The position numbers were made by a program, and so were the translations under genes. This document shows, one piece after another, positions 54,497-63,950 of a DNA stretch of 64,000 nt. The notes beneath the pieces were generated by a model. That model searched no databases. It worked only from the letters and a program-made list of their open reading frames with translations, and was not told where the DNA came from. The stretch is from the NCBI GenBank assembly GCA_947063875.1, contig CAMSTY010000010.1, positions 11,069-75,068 of the forward strand, given 5' to 3'. Position 1 is the first letter of the stretch; each line of letters begins with the position of its first letter. Source of the DNA: an uncultured bacterium. GTDB lineage: Bacteria > Bacillota > Clostridia > Lachnospirales > Lachnospiraceae.

Positions 54497-55379
54497 CCGG
54501 ATCATTAAGCGCCCAGGTACGACAGGAAGCGCGGTTATTGAACAATACATTCCGCCGCGGGAATCTTTGCTGAAAAGCGGAGAGCCGGTTACGAAAGGGT
54601 TATCCCTTCCTCACTATAAGAGCGACGGCAAGGAGGCCGGAAAGTATCATCTGAGTTCTGGCGAGGAGCCGTTTAAGGAAGAAAAGCAGGCGGAATCCGG
54701 TGGGGAACAGCCGGAGGAGGCAGCGGCCGATCCGGAACAGGAACTTTTGAGGGAACTGAGAGAAGAGGCTCAGAATGCCCTGGAGGAGGCCAGGAAGAAG
54801 GCGGAAGAGATTCTCGCCGAGGCCGAGGCCGAGGCCAGGCAGGAGCGGGAGCAGGCCCGGGAAGCAGGCCTGCGGGAAGGTTATGAGGCAGGATACCGGG
54901 AAGGCCGGGAGAAAGCTGAGTCAGAATGCAGGCAGGAACTTAAGGATACGCTTTCCTCCTTTGAGGAAGATATGCGCCAGGCATTAAAGTCCGTAGAGAC
55001 GGCGAAGGAGAAGTGCGTGCGCACTTATCTGGATGAGTTGAAGGACTGCGCGGTGGCGGTGGGAGAAAAAGTGATTCATATCAGTCTGCGTTCCAGCGGT
55101 GAAGTGATCAAACAGATGATTATTTCCGCCACGGAGAAATTGAAAAAGACAGCATGGGTCAAAATTTACATCGACAAGCCGGATTATGATATGATGATGG
55201 AAGCGGATGCGGATATTCTGGATGAACTTTCCCATTTGTCGGACAATATCAAGTTTATTGTCATGGATAAAGAAGACAGGGGCAACTGCATTATTGAGAT
55301 GCCGGAAGAAATCGTAGACGTAAGCGTCAATACACAGATGGAGAATATCAAAGATATTCTGGAAAATGTGAGGGTATAG
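54477..55379 (+). CDS. fliH: Flagellar assembly protein FliH
   Basis: Glu/Ala-rich coiled coil (EEARKKAEEILAEAEAEARQEREQAREAG). The position between fliG and fliI and a FliH-like C-domain. Confidence 0.8.
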   Translation: MTTSSSSRIIKRPGTTGSAVIEQYIPPRESLLKSGEPVTKGLSLPHYKSDGKEAGKYHLSSGEEPFKEEKQAESGGEQPEEAAADPEQELLRELREEAQNALEEARKKAEEILAEAEAEARQEREQAREAGLREGYEAGYREGREKAESECRQELKDTLSSFEEDMRQALKSVETAKEKCVRTYLDELKDCAVAVGEKVIHISLRSSGEVIKQMIISATEKLKKTAWVKIYIDKPDYDMMMEADADILDELSHLSDNIKFIVMDKEDRGNCIIEMPEEIVDVSVNTQMENIKDILENVRV

Positions 55380-55385
55380 AAGCGT

Positions 55386-56687
55386 ATGTATGAAAAAATT
55401 CCCCAGCTGATCAGCAAGTCAGAGACGGTCAGCCATATCGGAAAAATTGAAAATGTGGTTGGGATGTCCATGGAGGCATCGGGCGGCCGCTCCAGCATTG
55501 GGGATATTGTCATGATTTACAACGAGGAGCAGAATCGTCAGATGCCCGCGGAAGTGGTAGGCTTTAAGGACAACAAGATCCAGCTGATGACCTATGAGGC
55601 CACCAGCGGCATTGCGTCCGGAAGCTTTGTGCGCAATACCAGGCACAGGCTGAAGGTGCCGGTGGGGGATTTCCTGAGGGGGCGGATTATCAACGCTTTA
55701 GGGGAACCTATGGACGGGGGCGAGAGCCTGCCTTCCCATCGTTTCTATACGGTCAGCAGCCCTTACATCAACCCGCTGGACCGTCCTCCTATCCGGGAAC
55801 GGCTGGAGTTCGGCGTGAAAGCGATTGACGGATTGAATACTATCGGCAAAGGGCAGAGAATCGGAATTTTCGCCGGTTCCGGAGTGGGAAAGAGCACGCT
55901 GATGGGGATGATTGCCAAAAATGTCAAGACAGACATCAATGTGATTGCCCTGGTAGGCGAACGTGGGCGAGAGGTGCTGGAATTTATTCAGAAGGATCTG
56001 GGGGAGGAGGGGATGCGGCGTTCCGTGCTGGTTGTTGCGACTTCGGATCAGCCGGCCATGCTCCGTATGAAGTGTCCGCTGGTAGCGACCACGATTGCGG
56101 AATATTTTAAAGACCAAGGTTATGATGTGCTCCTGATGATGGACTCCCTCACCCGTTATGCGATGGCGCAGAGAGAGATCGGCCTCGCTATCGGCGAGCC
56201 CCCCATCGCCAGGGGCTATACGCCGTCTATCTACGCGGAATTCCCGAAGCTTCTGGAGCGGAGCGGGAACTTTGACAAAGGTTCGATCACCGGCGTCTAT
56301 ACCGTGCTGGTGGAAGGCGATGATACCAATGAACCGATTTCCGATACCGTGCGAGGTATTCTTGACGGACACATTGTTCTCAGCAGACAGCTTGCCAATG
56401 AGAATCATTTTCCGGCGATTGACATCGGCGCAAGCATTTCCCGTCTGATGGTGGAGATTGTATCAAAAGAACATCAGCAGGATGCCTCCCGCCTGCGGAA
56501 CCTTCTGGGATTATATCAGAAGAATGCCGATCTGATTTCTATCGGCGCCTATAAGAGGGGAACCAATGCGGCCCTGGATGAGGCTGTCTCCAAGATCAAT
56601 GCGATCAATGGATTCCTGCAGCAGGAGATTGATGAGAGCTTTAGCTATGAAGAAACCTTGCAGCTGATAAAGAAAATCATCAGCTGA
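55386..56687 (+). CDS. fliI: Flagellum-specific ATPase FliI
   Basis: Walker A GIFAGSGVGKST, Walker B VLLMMDSLTR, and F1-ATPase-like. Confidence 0.95.
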   Translation: MYEKIPQLISKSETVSHIGKIENVVGMSMEASGGRSSIGDIVMIYNEEQNRQMPAEVVGFKDNKIQLMTYEATSGIASGSFVRNTRHRLKVPVGDFLRGRIINALGEPMDGGESLPSHRFYTVSSPYINPLDRPPIRERLEFGVKAIDGLNTIGKGQRIGIFAGSGVGKSTLMGMIAKNVKTDINVIALVGERGREVLEFIQKDLGEEGMRRSVLVVATSDQPAMLRMKCPLVATTIAEYFKDQGYDVLLMMDSLTRYAMAQREIGLAIGEPPIARGYTPSIYAEFPKLLERSGNFDKGSITGVYTVLVEGDDTNEPISDTVRGILDGHIVLSRQLANENHFPAIDIGASISRLMVEIVSKEHQQDASRLRNLLGLYQKNADLISIGAYKRGTNAALDEAVSKINAINGFLQQEIDESFSYEETLQLIKKIIS

Positions 56688-56704
56688 CGTCGGAGGAAGA
56701 GACA

Positions 56705-57163
56705 GTGAAGAAATTTCAGTACAGGCTGGAGACCGTTCTGGCCTATAAGACGCAGGTCCTGGACAATTTAAAGACAGAACATGCGACGATCGTACAAAAT
56801 GTAAACCGGAAGAAGGAAGAGATCCAGGGATTGAATCGGGAACTGGTAGGATATGAAAGCCGTTTTGACCAGGCGAAGGTAGAGGGACTCAGTATTGAAA
56901 ATTACCGTCTGTTTGATATGTGCATCGGGCGCATGGAGGAGATGATCGATACGGAGAAAGAGCGGCTGAAGGTTTTGAGAAAAGAGGAAAACGCCAAAAA
57001 GCAGGAAGTGATTAACGCTAAGGTAGACACTTCCAAATTTGAGAAGCTCAAAGAAAAAAAGATTGTGGAATATCAGAAGGTGGCCATGAAGGCCGATGAG
57101 ATGTTTGTGGAGGAGTTTGTATCCGGCGTCGCCTTGCGGCAAAGGCATCAGAACCGGGGGTGA
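56705..57163 (+). CDS. fliJ: Flagellar export chaperone-like protein FliJ
   Basis: FQYRLETVLAYK..., all coiled coil, 152 aa, positioned after fliI. GTG start after GGAGGAAGAG. Confidence 0.75.
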   Translation: MKKFQYRLETVLAYKTQVLDNLKTEHATIVQNVNRKKEEIQGLNRELVGYESRFDQAKVEGLSIENYRLFDMCIGRMEEMIDTEKERLKVLRKEENAKKQEVINAKVDTSKFEKLKEKKIVEYQKVAMKADEMFVEEFVSGVALRQRHQNRG

Positions 57164-57353
57164 TAGGTAATGGGGGATTTTATGTTGTAGAAAAATGAAT
57201 ATTTCTGTGCGATAACGTAGAATTTTGTGCTTTTTTGTGATATAGTATAGAAGTGTGTTCTTTTGCCCCCCATTGCGATGGAATGGTTTATGAAAGGTGG
57301 ATAATCACGGCGAAGGCCGTTGATTATAGATATCAAAAAAGGAAAGGAGGGAT

Positions 57354-58511
57354 TTGGTGAACGCAGCAGTGAAGGTGCAGAGCATGGCATCGGCGAAAGC
57401 GAACACGGCCGAACGTCTGACATCTCTGGAGAGGTCTGCGAAAAGCGGTGATTTTACCAAGATGCTGCAAGTGAAAAAAGACCTTGCAGATAATACCGGA
57501 CAGACGGAACAGACCGGGCAGGCACAGACAGAAAAGTCGGAGGATGAGCCGGTTAAAAAGCTTCCCGGAGAGAAGGAGAATGAGTCTGAGGCCCCGGTTA
57601 AGGGGGAGGAAGACGCCGGACAGCAGGAAGCATTACAGCAGGCGGTGATTCAGCAGGCAGCTGCACAGGTAGCCGGATTTCTGACAGAAGATGCAGAGAC
57701 GGCAGAACCGGAGCCGGTTTTGGCGGAGGCAGTGAGCATGGAAGCTGTTTCTGAGGAGATGCCAGCGGTTGAGGCAGAGCCAAAGACAGAGTCCGTTCGC
57801 CAGGAGGCGGCCCCCGTTATGGTTCAGAAAGCGCCGCAGTCAGAGGCTTGGAAGGAAAGCGAAGAGCCGGAGGCGGTGGCATTGCAGGTGCAAAAACCGG
57901 CGGCAGGCGAGCAAAAGGCGGAGGTGAGGCCGGATACCCAGGGACAGGATAAAAGAGAAGATCTGGGGAATGCCGATCAGAGACAGACACAGGATACGTC
58001 AGGGGAACGCGGACAGGAGTTATATGGCGCGGCGGCGTTCCGGGTTTCGGGCCAGACAGAGCATCTGTTTCAGGGTGCGGGCCGGACGAGTGAGATTCCC
58101 TTAAAGACGACCCCGCAGACCTTGCCGGAGGATCTGGGAAAGACCCTGGCAGCGCGTCTTCCGGATACAGGAAGGACGCTGACGGTGGAATTGGAGCCGG
58201 CGTCGCTCGGCAAGCTGACGATCCGTATGACTTATGAGGCCGGAAGAGCAGCGGTGTCGATTATGGCGACGAATCCGAAGACCCTGGAACTTCTCAATGA
58301 GAAAGCGGCTGAAATTGCATCGATTCTGGAAGAGAAGACAGGGCAGAGCACGGTGATCCTTACCCAGCAGCCTCATGAGCAGGAGCAGTACCAGGAGAAC
58401 AAGGATGGTACGGCCAGGCAGGGAGAGCAGGAGAAGGAAAGCCGGAGAGAAGATAAGAAAGAGCAGCACACCGATTCTTTTGCCCAGCAGCTGAGGCTGG
58501 GGCTGATATAA
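57354..58511 (+). CDS. fliK: Flagellar hook-length control protein FliK
   Basis: Disordered Glu/Gln/Ala-rich N-region. C-terminal domain LTVELEPASLGKLTIRMTYEAGRAAVSIMATNPKTLELL (Flg_hook-like). Confidence 0.8.
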   Translation: MVNAAVKVQSMASAKANTAERLTSLERSAKSGDFTKMLQVKKDLADNTGQTEQTGQAQTEKSEDEPVKKLPGEKENESEAPVKGEEDAGQQEALQQAVIQQAAAQVAGFLTEDAETAEPEPVLAEAVSMEAVSEEMPAVEAEPKTESVRQEAAPVMVQKAPQSEAWKESEEPEAVALQVQKPAAGEQKAEVRPDTQGQDKREDLGNADQRQTQDTSGERGQELYGAAAFRVSGQTEHLFQGAGRTSEIPLKTTPQTLPEDLGKTLAARLPDTGRTLTVELEPASLGKLTIRMTYEAGRAAVSIMATNPKTLELLNEKAAEIASILEEKTGQSTVILTQQPHEQEQYQENKDGTARQGEQEKESRREDKKEQHTDSFAQQLRLGLI

Positions 58512-58546
58512 GGTTTTAAAAGAATCCGGGAGACAGAGGAGAGATT

Positions 58547-59152
58547 ATGGCAGATAATTTATCAGTCAGCGGAACAACAAATCCATATGGGACACAATCC
58601 TATACCGCATCGAGCAATGACAAGAACACGATAACCATGACCGGTTTTTTCCAGCTGCTGGCGACCCAGCTGCAGAATCAGGATATGACCAATCCCATGG
58701 ATAACAGTGAGATCATGGCTCAGATGGTACAGATGGCGATGGTGCAGTCGATGACCACCATGTCGGATGCGATGAAGAATTCCACGGCGGTCAACACCCA
58801 GACTTATGCGGCAGGCCTTGTGGGGCAGGAAGTGACCATGGCGGTGACGGAAGAGAATGAGTATGGACAGGAGACGCCGGTCGATGTAAAATATGCTAAG
58901 GTAGAATGGGTGAACTTCACCTCCGGAGATCCGACGATCAAGCTCGAGGGTGACGAGAAGGAATACAGGCTTACTCATCTGGTCGGCATGGGTCAGGTAC
59001 CAAATCCGTTCAAGAGCAATTCTTCCTCCGAAGAGGATGACAAGGATGCAGAGCAGGCCAGCGGAACCCGGACGAGGCGTGTGGAAGCGGATGAGGCCGA
59101 CTGGGAAGAGGACAGTGATCCTGAGGACTATACCGAACCTACATTGATCTAA
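58547..59152 (+). CDS. flgD: Flagellar hook assembly (capping) protein FlgD
   Basis: FFQLLATQLQNQDMTNPMDNSEIMAQMVQMAMVQS is the FlgD N-domain. Confidence 0.9.
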   Translation: MADNLSVSGTTNPYGTQSYTASSNDKNTITMTGFFQLLATQLQNQDMTNPMDNSEIMAQMVQMAMVQSMTTMSDAMKNSTAVNTQTYAAGLVGQEVTMAVTEENEYGQETPVDVKYAKVEWVNFTSGDPTIKLEGDEKEYRLTHLVGMGQVPNPFKSNSSSEEDDKDAEQASGTRTRRVEADEADWEEDSDPEDYTEPTLI

Positions 59153-59213
59153 GATATGATTTCCGGCTGATTTACAGTAAGGAAAGCAGGCTTTTGGAAA
59201 AGAGGAGTGTTTT

Positions 59214-59594
59214 ATGGGTATTAATGGAATGCGTGTTTATGAGAACGGCATGTCCGGTATCCCCCGCCAGCAAAGCACAGCACCTGGGACAGGGGAGCAT
59301 CCGGCGGAATTCAGCCAGCTTCTCCAGGAAAGGGCGAAGGCGGGCCTGAATTTTTCCAAACATGCGGCAAAGAGACTGGGCGAACGGGGTATCGCCGTTG
59401 ACAATCAGCTGATGAGCGATCTGGAACATGCCGTGGAAGGCGCCAGGAAAAAAGGTGCAAAAGACGTGGCAGTGATTGGCGCTCAGGGAGTATTTATTGT
59501 AAATGTACCCAACAACATGGTGGTGACGACCATGGGACAGCAGGATATGCGGGAAAGGGTATTTACGAATATCGACAGCGCCGTCCTGATGTGA
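59214..59594 (+). CDS. Flagellar operon protein (recalled as TIGR02530 family)
   Basis: FSKHAAKRLGERGI......AVIGAQGVFIVNVPNNMVVT. It occupies the conserved position between flgD and flgE in Firmicutes. Confidence 0.7.
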   Translation: MGINGMRVYENGMSGIPRQQSTAPGTGEHPAEFSQLLQERAKAGLNFSKHAAKRLGERGIAVDNQLMSDLEHAVEGARKKGAKDVAVIGAQGVFIVNVPNNMVVTTMGQQDMRERVFTNIDSAVLM

Positions 59595-59681
59595 GCAGGA
59601 CCTCGGATGAGGATGTTCTTCCCGCCGGCCGGATGGGCAGGCGGGAGGGACGGCTTGTCAGAAAGAAAGGAAAAGGAAAAG

Positions 59682-60638
59682 ATGTTAAGAGCAATGGATT
59701 CAGCAGTGGCGGGCCTGCGGGCCCACCAGAACAAGATGGACGTAGTAGGACATAATATCGCAAACGTAAATACATTCGGATTTAAGGCACAGACCTACAC
59801 CTTTAAGGAAGCGATGTACCAGACATCGACATCTTCTACCGGCGGTACGGCGACGGCAGCCGGCGCAAATGCGGCACAGTTTGGTTACGGTGCATTGATG
59901 GGTACGATCGGCATGGATATGACGGCCAGCACGCCTACCTATGTCGGCGGCTTTAATGCCAGCATCAGCGGCGACGGGTTCTTTCTGGTGAAAGCGACCA
60001 AGGAGACGGTTGCAGCCGGCGCGGATATTAAGGAAAAGGATTTTCTGCTGACCAGAGTCGGACAGTTTTCCCTGGACAGCAACGGCTATGTGGTGGATGG
60101 GGACATGAACTTCGTCTATGGCTATGCGGCGGAGTATGATACCACCAAAAATGAGTGGAAGGTTGGGGAGGATTTGGTTCCCCTCCGTATGCCAGATGCT
60201 TCCTATGATGGAACGGCTGCATCCGTAACTTTCAAATATGGAGATGAGGATGTATTGGTGTCCAAGGGCATTTCCATTAACAGTGCGGGAGAGATTACGG
60301 CAAAGGTTGAATATGAAGATAATGCGGGGGAAAAGCAGACTGCGGTCGTATCCCTTGGTAAGGTAGCGGTAGCCACATTCACGAACCCGAACGGTGTGAC
60401 CAAGGCAGGAGGCAACTACTATACCACGAACACCAGCGATAACGCCGGTGACGCGGCTGTGGGTGTTCCCGGCGGCCCTAATCCGGATCTGATGACCGGT
60501 TATATCGAGGCTTCCAACGTTGACCTTGCAAAAGAGTTTGCGGATATGATTACCACACACAGAGGCTTCCAGTCGAACACCAAGATGATCACGGTTTCTG
60601 ATGAGATGCTGTCGGACCTGGTTGCCATGAAGCGCTAA
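59682..60638 (+). CDS. flgE: Flagellar hook protein FlgE
   Basis: MLRAMDSAVAGLRAHQNKMDVVGHNIANVNTFGFK and the C-terminal SNVDLAKEFADMITTHRGFQSNTKMI. Start behind AAAGGAAAAGGAAAAG; the ORF track begins at 59607. Confidence 0.9.
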   Translation: MLRAMDSAVAGLRAHQNKMDVVGHNIANVNTFGFKAQTYTFKEAMYQTSTSSTGGTATAAGANAAQFGYGALMGTIGMDMTASTPTYVGGFNASISGDGFFLVKATKETVAAGADIKEKDFLLTRVGQFSLDSNGYVVDGDMNFVYGYAAEYDTTKNEWKVGEDLVPLRMPDASYDGTAASVTFKYGDEDVLVSKGISINSAGEITAKVEYEDNAGEKQTAVVSLGKVAVATFTNPNGVTKAGGNYYTTNTSDNAGDAAVGVPGGPNPDLMTGYIEASNVDLAKEFADMITTHRGFQSNTKMITVSDEMLSDLVAMKR

Positions 60639-60808
60639 TAAACGGGTAATATAAGATGAGGATGAAGCGGCAGAACGAGAATCAGAAGATTATGGACCGC
60701 GCACGCAAAGCCAGACGGGAGAGGATCTCCGGCGAGAGGAGCCGCGAACGGCGCGGCTACTCCGCTGGCGATGCGGAGAATCAGGTGGGGGATAAGGAAG
60801 GGAAAGGT

Positions 60809-61009
60809 ATGGTTAAGGTAGTACGTTTGAATGGGGAGGAGCTTTATTTGAATATGCTTCAGATTGAGTCGATGGAATCGATACCGGAGACGAAGGTGAA
60901 GATGATGAATGGAGATTATTATCTTGTGAGAGATTCCGCAGATTCGATTACGGATCAGATCCGGGCGTTTATCAAAAGCTGTTTTGTTTATGAGGACAAA
61001 AGCGAATAA
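60809..61009 (+). CDS. flbD: Flagellar protein FlbD
   Basis: MVKVVRLNGEELYLNMLQIESMESIPETKVKMMNGDYYLVRDS is the FlbD signature, ~66 aa. RBS GGAAGGGAAAGG. Confidence 0.85.
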   Translation: MVKVVRLNGEELYLNMLQIESMESIPETKVKMMNGDYYLVRDSADSITDQIRAFIKSCFVYEDKSE

Positions 61010-61048
61010 GCGTTTGGCAGTGCTGATTTATTTAGGAGGAAAGAGAAA

Positions 61049-61855
61049 ATGGATTTAACAACGCTTATTGGTATATTGATGGCGATTGGGTTGTGCGTGT
61101 GGGGGATCGGTGTTGATAAGATCGGGAATTTCGTCGACATGCAGAGCCTTGCAATCGTGGTAGGCGGTGCGATCGCGGCGGTTACGGCGAGTTATCCGCT
61201 GAGAATTCTTCTGGATGTTCCCAAGCATATCATGGTACTGTTCCGGGGGAAAAAGTATAATATTCCTAAGCTGGTGGATCAGCTGGTGGACCTGGCGATG
61301 CTGGCCAGGCAGAGCGGCCTGCTTGCCCTGGAAGAAAAAGCGGAAGAGATCAAGGACCCCTTTTTGAAACAGAGCGTACTGATGATTGTGGACGCCAGCG
61401 ATCCGGATAAGGTCCGGGAAATGCTGGAAAAGCAGATGGATGACATGATCGCGAGACACGATGAGGCGGCAGGGCTTTATGAGAAGGCATCCTCCTATGC
61501 ACCGGCTTTTGGTATGATCGGTACCCTGATCGGTCTGATCAATATGTTGAAAGGCCTGGATCTGGATGGCGGCGGCGGTGCAAGCAGCCTGGGCGCCGAT
61601 ATGTCAGTAGCGTTGATAACGACATTCTACGGCAGTGGTTTTGCCAATATTTTCTGTCAGCCCATAGCAAAAAAGCTGAGGGTAAGAGAGGCGGAAGAAG
61701 AACTTTATTGTTCAACGGTAATTGAAGGACTTATGGGAATTCAGGCAGGTGAGAATCCCAAAATGCTTCGGGAGCATCTTCTTTCCTGTATGAAGCAGTC
61801 TCAGCAGAAAAAGCTTCTTTTGAAAGCCGAGAAGTCCGGCGGAGGAGAAGGCTGA
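61049..61855 (+). CDS. motA: Flagellar motor stator protein MotA
   Basis: Four TM segments, AFGMIGTLIGLI and ALITTFYG motifs. Confidence 0.9.
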   Translation: MDLTTLIGILMAIGLCVWGIGVDKIGNFVDMQSLAIVVGGAIAAVTASYPLRILLDVPKHIMVLFRGKKYNIPKLVDQLVDLAMLARQSGLLALEEKAEEIKDPFLKQSVLMIVDASDPDKVREMLEKQMDDMIARHDEAAGLYEKASSYAPAFGMIGTLIGLINMLKGLDLDGGGGASSLGADMSVALITTFYGSGFANIFCQPIAKKLRVREAEEELYCSTVIEGLMGIQAGENPKMLREHLLSCMKQSQQKKLLLKAEKSGGGEG

Positions 61856-62805
61856 TGAGCAGGAGAAAAAAAGGCGGCGGCGGTGAGGACTGCGGAAGCT
61901 GGATGGATACATATGGTGACATGGTCACATTGCTTTTGTGCTTTTTTGTTATGTTGTATTCCATGTCCAGCCTGGACCAGCAGAAATGGGAAATCTTTGT
62001 AAAGAGTATTTTCCCTAATTCCAATGACGAACAGCAGATCGCCATTAATGAGAATATATTGGAAGGCGAGTATGACGTTTCGGGAAATCTTCAGATGGAG
62101 AATGAACTCGAGATGGATGACTTAGATAAGCTTTGGCTTGCGCTTCAGAAAAAACTTGAAGAAAACGGACTCGCGGAAGGAGTTACCATGAGCAAAGGGG
62201 AGGGGTATGCTTTTATCTCTTTTGAGAATCATGCCTTTTTCAACCCCGATCAGTCGATGCTGACGACAGAAGCGACCCGTGTGCTGGATATATTCTGTGA
62301 GGCGATTGCGCCGCAGGCGGATGATATTTCTCAGATCGAAATACTGGGCCATACGGCACAGGCAGACCCGAACCACCGCAATAATCCGCGGACGGACCGT
62401 CTGCTTTCGGCTATGCGTTCCGCAGAGGTGGCGGCATATATTCAGAACAAAGATATTATCGATCCCAGCAAGCTGATTGGGATGAGCTACGGGCAGTTCC
62501 GCCCTGTGGATACTTTTGAGACCCGTGAGGGCAGAGCGAAAAACCGGCGCGTAGAGTTTTTGATTATTGATAATGGGGCAGATATTAAGTCCATGAATGA
62601 CTTTTATGACGAGATTAATGGTGTGGAAGAGGAAGACACCTCTGTTCCGGATGGTTTTACGGAGGTTGGAGGCAATATGGAGGGTTCGGCCAGTATGGTT
62701 AATCAGTCGGACGGTCTTCCGGATAGTGCGGCTGCCCAGGCAGCGGACCCTGTTCAGGCAGGAGGCGCGGTGCTGGATAGCGTAATTAGTCCCGCAGCGG
62801 AATAA
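61855..62805 (+). CDS. motB: Flagellar motor stator protein MotB (OmpA-like C-domain)
   Basis: WMDTYGDMVTLLLCFFVMLYSMS (plug/TM with the conserved Asp). OmpA-like ILGHTA...NRRVEFLI. Its start overlaps the motA stop. Confidence 0.9.
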   Translation: MSRRKKGGGGEDCGSWMDTYGDMVTLLLCFFVMLYSMSSLDQQKWEIFVKSIFPNSNDEQQIAINENILEGEYDVSGNLQMENELEMDDLDKLWLALQKKLEENGLAEGVTMSKGEGYAFISFENHAFFNPDQSMLTTEATRVLDIFCEAIAPQADDISQIEILGHTAQADPNHRNNPRTDRLLSAMRSAEVAAYIQNKDIIDPSKLIGMSYGQFRPVDTFETREGRAKNRRVEFLIIDNGADIKSMNDFYDEINGVEEEDTSVPDGFTEVGGNMEGSASMVNQSDGLPDSAAAQAADPVQAGGAVLDSVISPAAE

Positions 62806-62831
62806 CTATTGAGAAAAGGTGGCGTTTTAAA

Positions 62832-63950
62832 ATGGCAGACGTATTATCCCAAAGTCAGATTGATGCACTTTTGAAGTCCATGCAGGGCGGCGGAGGCGAT
62901 GACAGCGGCAGCAGCAGTCCTGCACAGCCAGAGCAGAAGGTAGCTGTGCAGGAAGAGAAGAAGAAAGCAGAAACACCCGAGATCAAATATAGCAAATATG
63001 ACTTTTACAGTCCCAGAAAATTCACTAAGGATAAGCTGAAGATCCTGACCAGTGTGTTTGAGAATTATGCGAGGATTATTACGTCGCAGGTCAACGGTGT
63101 GTTCAGGGTCATGACCGACATCACGGTGATGGAGGTTCAGGAGCGGCGTTACTATGAATTTGTAAACTCTTTGAATGAAAATGATGTGATTACTCTGGTC
63201 AATGCCAGCATGGAGAATTATAACCGGAAGCTGGTGCCGATGATGATGTATGTGACACCAGGCCTGGTGATTACTCTCATAGACCGTATGCTGGGCGGAG
63301 AAGAAACCGTAGTTAAGGTAAAGGATGGTTACCGGTATTCGGATGTGGAAACAGCGCTGTACCGCAGGGTCCTTTCCCAGCTGATACAGGCGCTGAAAGA
63401 TGGTTTTGCCAGCTACATAAGTGTGGATTTCTCTGCTTACCGGATTGAGGAGAATCCCACAATGATGCAGGACGTGGGCCTGGATGAGACAGTGGCGATT
63501 ATTCATCTCAATGTAGATGTGACCGGACTTGCAGTGGAGCGGATACGGATCTGTATGCCGGGCACACTCCTGGAGTCCATGTTCCAGGTGATGGACAGCC
63601 ACAGACATCTGGCCAAGGGTTATGCTTACGAAGACAATCGGGAGACCATTCTGGAGAATATCCGTCAGTCCCAGCTTCCAATCACCGGACAGCTTGGGAC
63701 AGTATCCTTGGATTTGGATGATATCTATCATTTGAGAGTGGGTGATGTGATTGATATGAATAAGCCGAAGGACAAAGAAGTGAAGCTTTATGTGGGAAGA
63801 CAGGCATGGTTTACCGGAAAGATGGGTATTTATAAAAAGAATGTTGCAGTCCGTATTAACCGGAGGCTTTACGAAGAGGAGGAAGAGGAAACTTCCCAGG
63901 AAGAACTCCTGCCTGTCCAGGAAGAAGAGGAAGCTGTTCTTGACGGATAA
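62832..63950 (+). CDS. fliM: Flagellar motor switch protein FliM
   Basis: N-terminal CheY-P binding peptide LSQSQIDALL, a FliM middle domain, and a C-terminal SpoA-like segment (LRVGDVIDMNKPKDKEVKLYVG). Confidence 0.9.
   Translation: MADVLSQSQIDALLKSMQGGGGDDSGSSSPAQPEQKVAVQEEKKKAETPEIKYSKYDFYSPRKFTKDKLKILTSVFENYARIITSQVNGVFRVMTDITVMEVQERRYYEFVNSLNENDVITLVNASMENYNRKLVPMMMYVTPGLVITLIDRMLGGEETVVKVKDGYRYSDVETALYRRVLSQLIQALKDGFASYISVDFSAYRIEENPTMMQDVGLDETVAIIHLNVDVTGLAVERIRICMPGTLLESMFQVMDSHRHLAKGYAYEDNRETILENIRQSQLPITGQLGTVSLDLDDIYHLRVGDVIDMNKPKDKEVKLYVGRQAWFTGKMGIYKKNVAVRINRRLYEEEEEETSQEELLPVQEEEEAVLDG

Noticed and set aside
60656-60808. N-terminal 51-aa Arg/Glu-rich extension of FlbD suggested by the ORF track (117-aa ORF).
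   Set aside because: There is no Shine-Dalgarno before the 60656 ATG, whereas the internal ATG at 60809 has GGAAGGGAAAGG. FlbD proteins are about 60-70 aa. The region is kept only as a possible structured spacer.
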